Part shown: positions 62,028 through 64,000 of the stretch, piece by piece
Layout of the letters: each line of letters opens with the position of its first letter
How positions within the stretch are numbered: position 1 is the first letter of the stretch
Virus record (IMG/VR): IMGVR_UViG_3300048074_000120
Coordinates: 1 to 64,000 of that record
Length of the DNA stretch: 64,000 nt
Direction: 5' to 3' (one strand)
Source of the DNA: a virus
Made by a program: the position numbers and the translations under genes
Notes under the pieces: generated by a model
What the model was told of the DNA's origin: nothing
Seen by the model: only the letters and a program-made list of their open reading frames with translations
Database searches by the model: none

Positions 62028-63284
62028 ATGGCCACTAGAAAAACTGCCGCAACCACAGCCGACGCACTCACCGCTGCCTCCCTGCGGAGCAGCGAGATTG
62101 ACGAAGTTATCGAGGTATCAGTCTCAGCGCCCATGGATGGGTACCCCGGGCAACCTGACTGCAAGTGGGGGTTGCCGCTGCTCATTGAAGGGGACTCTGG
62201 CATCGCCAAGACTGCCCGAATCAAAGGGGTAGCTACATCGCTTCAAACGACGTTGTCCACCATCTACGCCGCGCCCCATCCGCCAGAAGACTTCGGTGGC
62301 GCACTCATCCCCGACGGCGAAGGCGATGCCAAGCAAATCGCACCGCTGCCACAGATCCGAAAGATGGTCAAAGAGAAGGCAGGCATCCTCTTCTTCGACG
62401 AGATCAACGGCGCCATGCCTGCTACGCAGGGCGCGCTCATGAGTCTCATCCACGAGCGGCACACAGGCGACGTAGATATACCTCCACGCGTACGCATCCT
62501 CGCCGCCATGAACCCAGAAGAGATTGCGGCTTGTGGCTTTCGGCTATCGCCACCCTTGGCGAATCGCTTCATCCACGTCACCGACCCTGGGCCAGATGCC
62601 CGCGAGTGGATCACCTGGCTGATGGGATCCTCTGCGACAAAGCTGCAAGGATCCCTTGATGCCATCGAGAAAATCGTCATTGAGGAATGGCCCAACCGGT
62701 ACCCCGAAACACAGAGCCTGTTTGCCGGCTTCATCGAGAAGATGCCCTCGCTGCTGCATAAGCGGCCACCCATGTCTGACCCCCAAAGCGGTAAAGCTTG
62801 GCCCTCCCACCGTACGTGGGACTTTGCTACACGCGGCTGGACTACGGCCATCATCCTAGAAAAGAACGACTCCATTCGAGACGCCATGGTGGAAGCTGCC
62901 GTTGGGCCCGGTGCCGCTGAAGAGCTCATTCGCTACTTCAGGGAGGCAGACATCCCTAAGCCCTTGGACGTACTCAATGGTAAGTGGAAGATCAACATTG
63001 ACCGGCTCGATGTTGTACTTGCAGCGTACACAGGCGCTGTTGCCTACGTTCGGCAACGGCCCAGCCGCGAGGAAAAAGAAGACCTAGCACCACTCGCCTG
63101 GCAGTCTATTGCAAAGCTGTTCAACGCGGGCCTTGCCGATATCGTCATCCCCGCCGTCGAAGGTCTCATCAAGGAAAGACTCGGGCACAACTCCGGGAAT
63201 AAATCCATCAAGGAAGCAGCCAACCTTGTGCTGGTCCCTCTATCAAAGAGCAAACTCGCCAGTCACTTAGACGCAAGGGTATAA
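62028..63284 (+). CDS. MoxR-like AAA+ ATPase
   Basis: LLIEGDSGIAKT (Walker A), ILFFDEIN (Walker B), ILAAMNP, LSPPLANRF. Confidence 0.88.
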   Translation: MATRKTAATTADALTAASLRSSEIDEVIEVSVSAPMDGYPGQPDCKWGLPLLIEGDSGIAKTARIKGVATSLQTTLSTIYAAPHPPEDFGGALIPDGEGDAKQIAPLPQIRKMVKEKAGILFFDEINGAMPATQGALMSLIHERHTGDVDIPPRVRILAAMNPEEIAACGFRLSPPLANRFIHVTDPGPDAREWITWLMGSSATKLQGSLDAIEKIVIEEWPNRYPETQSLFAGFIEKMPSLLHKRPPMSDPQSGKAWPSHRTWDFATRGWTTAIILEKNDSIRDAMVEAAVGPGAAEELIRYFREADIPKPLDVLNGKWKINIDRLDVVLAAYTGAVAYVRQRPSREEKEDLAPLAWQSIAKLFNAGLADIVIPAVEGLIKERLGHNSGNKSIKEAANLVLVPLSKSKLASHLDARV

Positions 63285-63287
63285 CGC

Positions 63288-64000
63288 ATGACTCTCACAC
63301 CAACGAAGAAGGGTTGGGCGGCGCAAGACAAGACGTCCAACCTCACGTTGGCCCGTGCCTATGTGAAACAGTACGCCCCGTACATGAGCTCAACTCTGTA
63401 CGGGCTTGTACCTTCACCGGTGCCCGGGCTAACCGCACTTGTGCACGGACCCATGGCTGTCTCGGAGCGACTGGTCCTGTACTACGACCCAGATTGGGTT
63501 GAAACAGTCAGCATGCTCATCGTGGCCACAGGGCTCATGCACGAATGCATGCACGCCCAGCTGCTCCACATCAAGCGAGGAAAGGCATTCGCAGACTCCA
63601 AACGGTTCAACCGCGCTGGTGACCTTTTCATCAACAGCTCCATGCGCCGCCAGCAAAAGCAGGTCAGGGTCACTAAGGGGACTACAAGCTCAAGCGGCGT
63701 CATTACCGAGGACATGTGGGAATTCCCTGACTGGGCACTCATGCCAGAGCGGTATGGGTTTCCAGAAGGGCTCACGGCTGACGAGTACTACGCGCTGCTC
63801 GAGCAATTCGAGAATAAAGCGAAAGGGCAAAGCCAAGAAAAAGGATCAGGGAAGGGCCAATCCAAAGACGGGCAAGACCCGTCCGAAGACGGCGAACCCA
63901 GCCCCGGCGAGGGCGACTCAGGGAAAGGAAAGATACTTGCGGGCTGCTGCGGCGGCATTGCGGGTAACCCCGTCAGCAAGGAACTAGAAAAAGCCCATGA
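63288..64000 (+). CDS. Putative metallopeptidase (DUF2201/VWA-associated), runs off right edge
   Basis: LYYDPDWV...MHECMHAQLLH (HExxH)...NRAGDLFIN; usual partner of MoxR ATPases; not in track. Confidence 0.8.
   Translation, partial: MTLTPTKKGWAAQDKTSNLTLARAYVKQYAPYMSSTLYGLVPSPVPGLTALVHGPMAVSERLVLYYDPDWVETVSMLIVATGLMHECMHAQLLHIKRGKAFADSKRFNRAGDLFINSSMRRQQKQVRVTKGTTSSSGVITEDMWEFPDWALMPERYGFPEGLTADEYYALLEQFENKAKGQSQEKGSGKGQSKDGQDPSEDGEPSPGEGDSGKGKILAGCCGGIAGNPVSKELEKAH

Larger units (their letters stand above)
1..64000. mobile_element. Segment of a large contractile-tailed bacteriophage genome (jumbo-myovirus-like)
   Basis: Terminase, prohead protease, major capsid, sheath, tube, spike, own multisubunit-type RNAP, GroES, dNMP kinase and five HNH genes; dense gene packing with overlapping start/stop codons; no host housekeeping operons. 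Confidence 0.95.

Noticed and set aside
63439-63987. 182-aa plus-strand ORF in the track
   Set aside because: Alternative frame of the real HExxH gene that starts at 63288 and runs off the window
1-64000. CRISPR arrays, tRNA, rRNA and tandem DNA repeats
   Set aside because: Intergenic gaps are mostly under 100 nt and no regularly spaced repeats or cloverleaf elements were seen by eye; tRNAscan/CRISPR tools were not run

Overview
This window is a 64-kb segment of a large, contractile-tailed dsDNA phage (jumbo-myovirus-like), not host chromosome. Bases 1-18.9 kb hold mostly short accessory genes: HNH nuclease, GNAT acetyltransferase, RHH regulator, GroES, dNMP kinase, a histone-H1-like protein, an adenine methyltransferase, many CxxC proteins and a tail-assembly-chaperone-like gene. 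Bases 18.9-60.5 kb are an almost continuous minus-strand morphogenesis region: tail tube, 1048-aa sheath, neck proteins, major capsid, prohead protease, intein-containing large terminase and baseplate spike. It is headed by a single ~2135-aa RNA polymerase beta-beta' fusion. A MoxR AAA+/metallopeptidase pair starts at the right edge. Main observations: (1) three apparent programmed -1 ribosomal frameshifts, two of them using the same C CCT TTA heptamer with an internal Shine-Dalgarno and a 3' hairpin in adjacent head genes; (2) the streamlined single-chain RNAP, translationally coupled to the spike gene; (3) a K-x-A(S/A/G) motif saturating about a dozen head-region proteins, a candidate prohead-protease cleavage code; (4) RBS-occluding hairpins preceded by GGTATAAG upstream of two HNH genes. 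All calls come from manual reading and remembered family motifs; no database search, folding or alignment was run. No tRNA, rRNA or CRISPR array was seen, and no portal or tape-measure gene was recognised.
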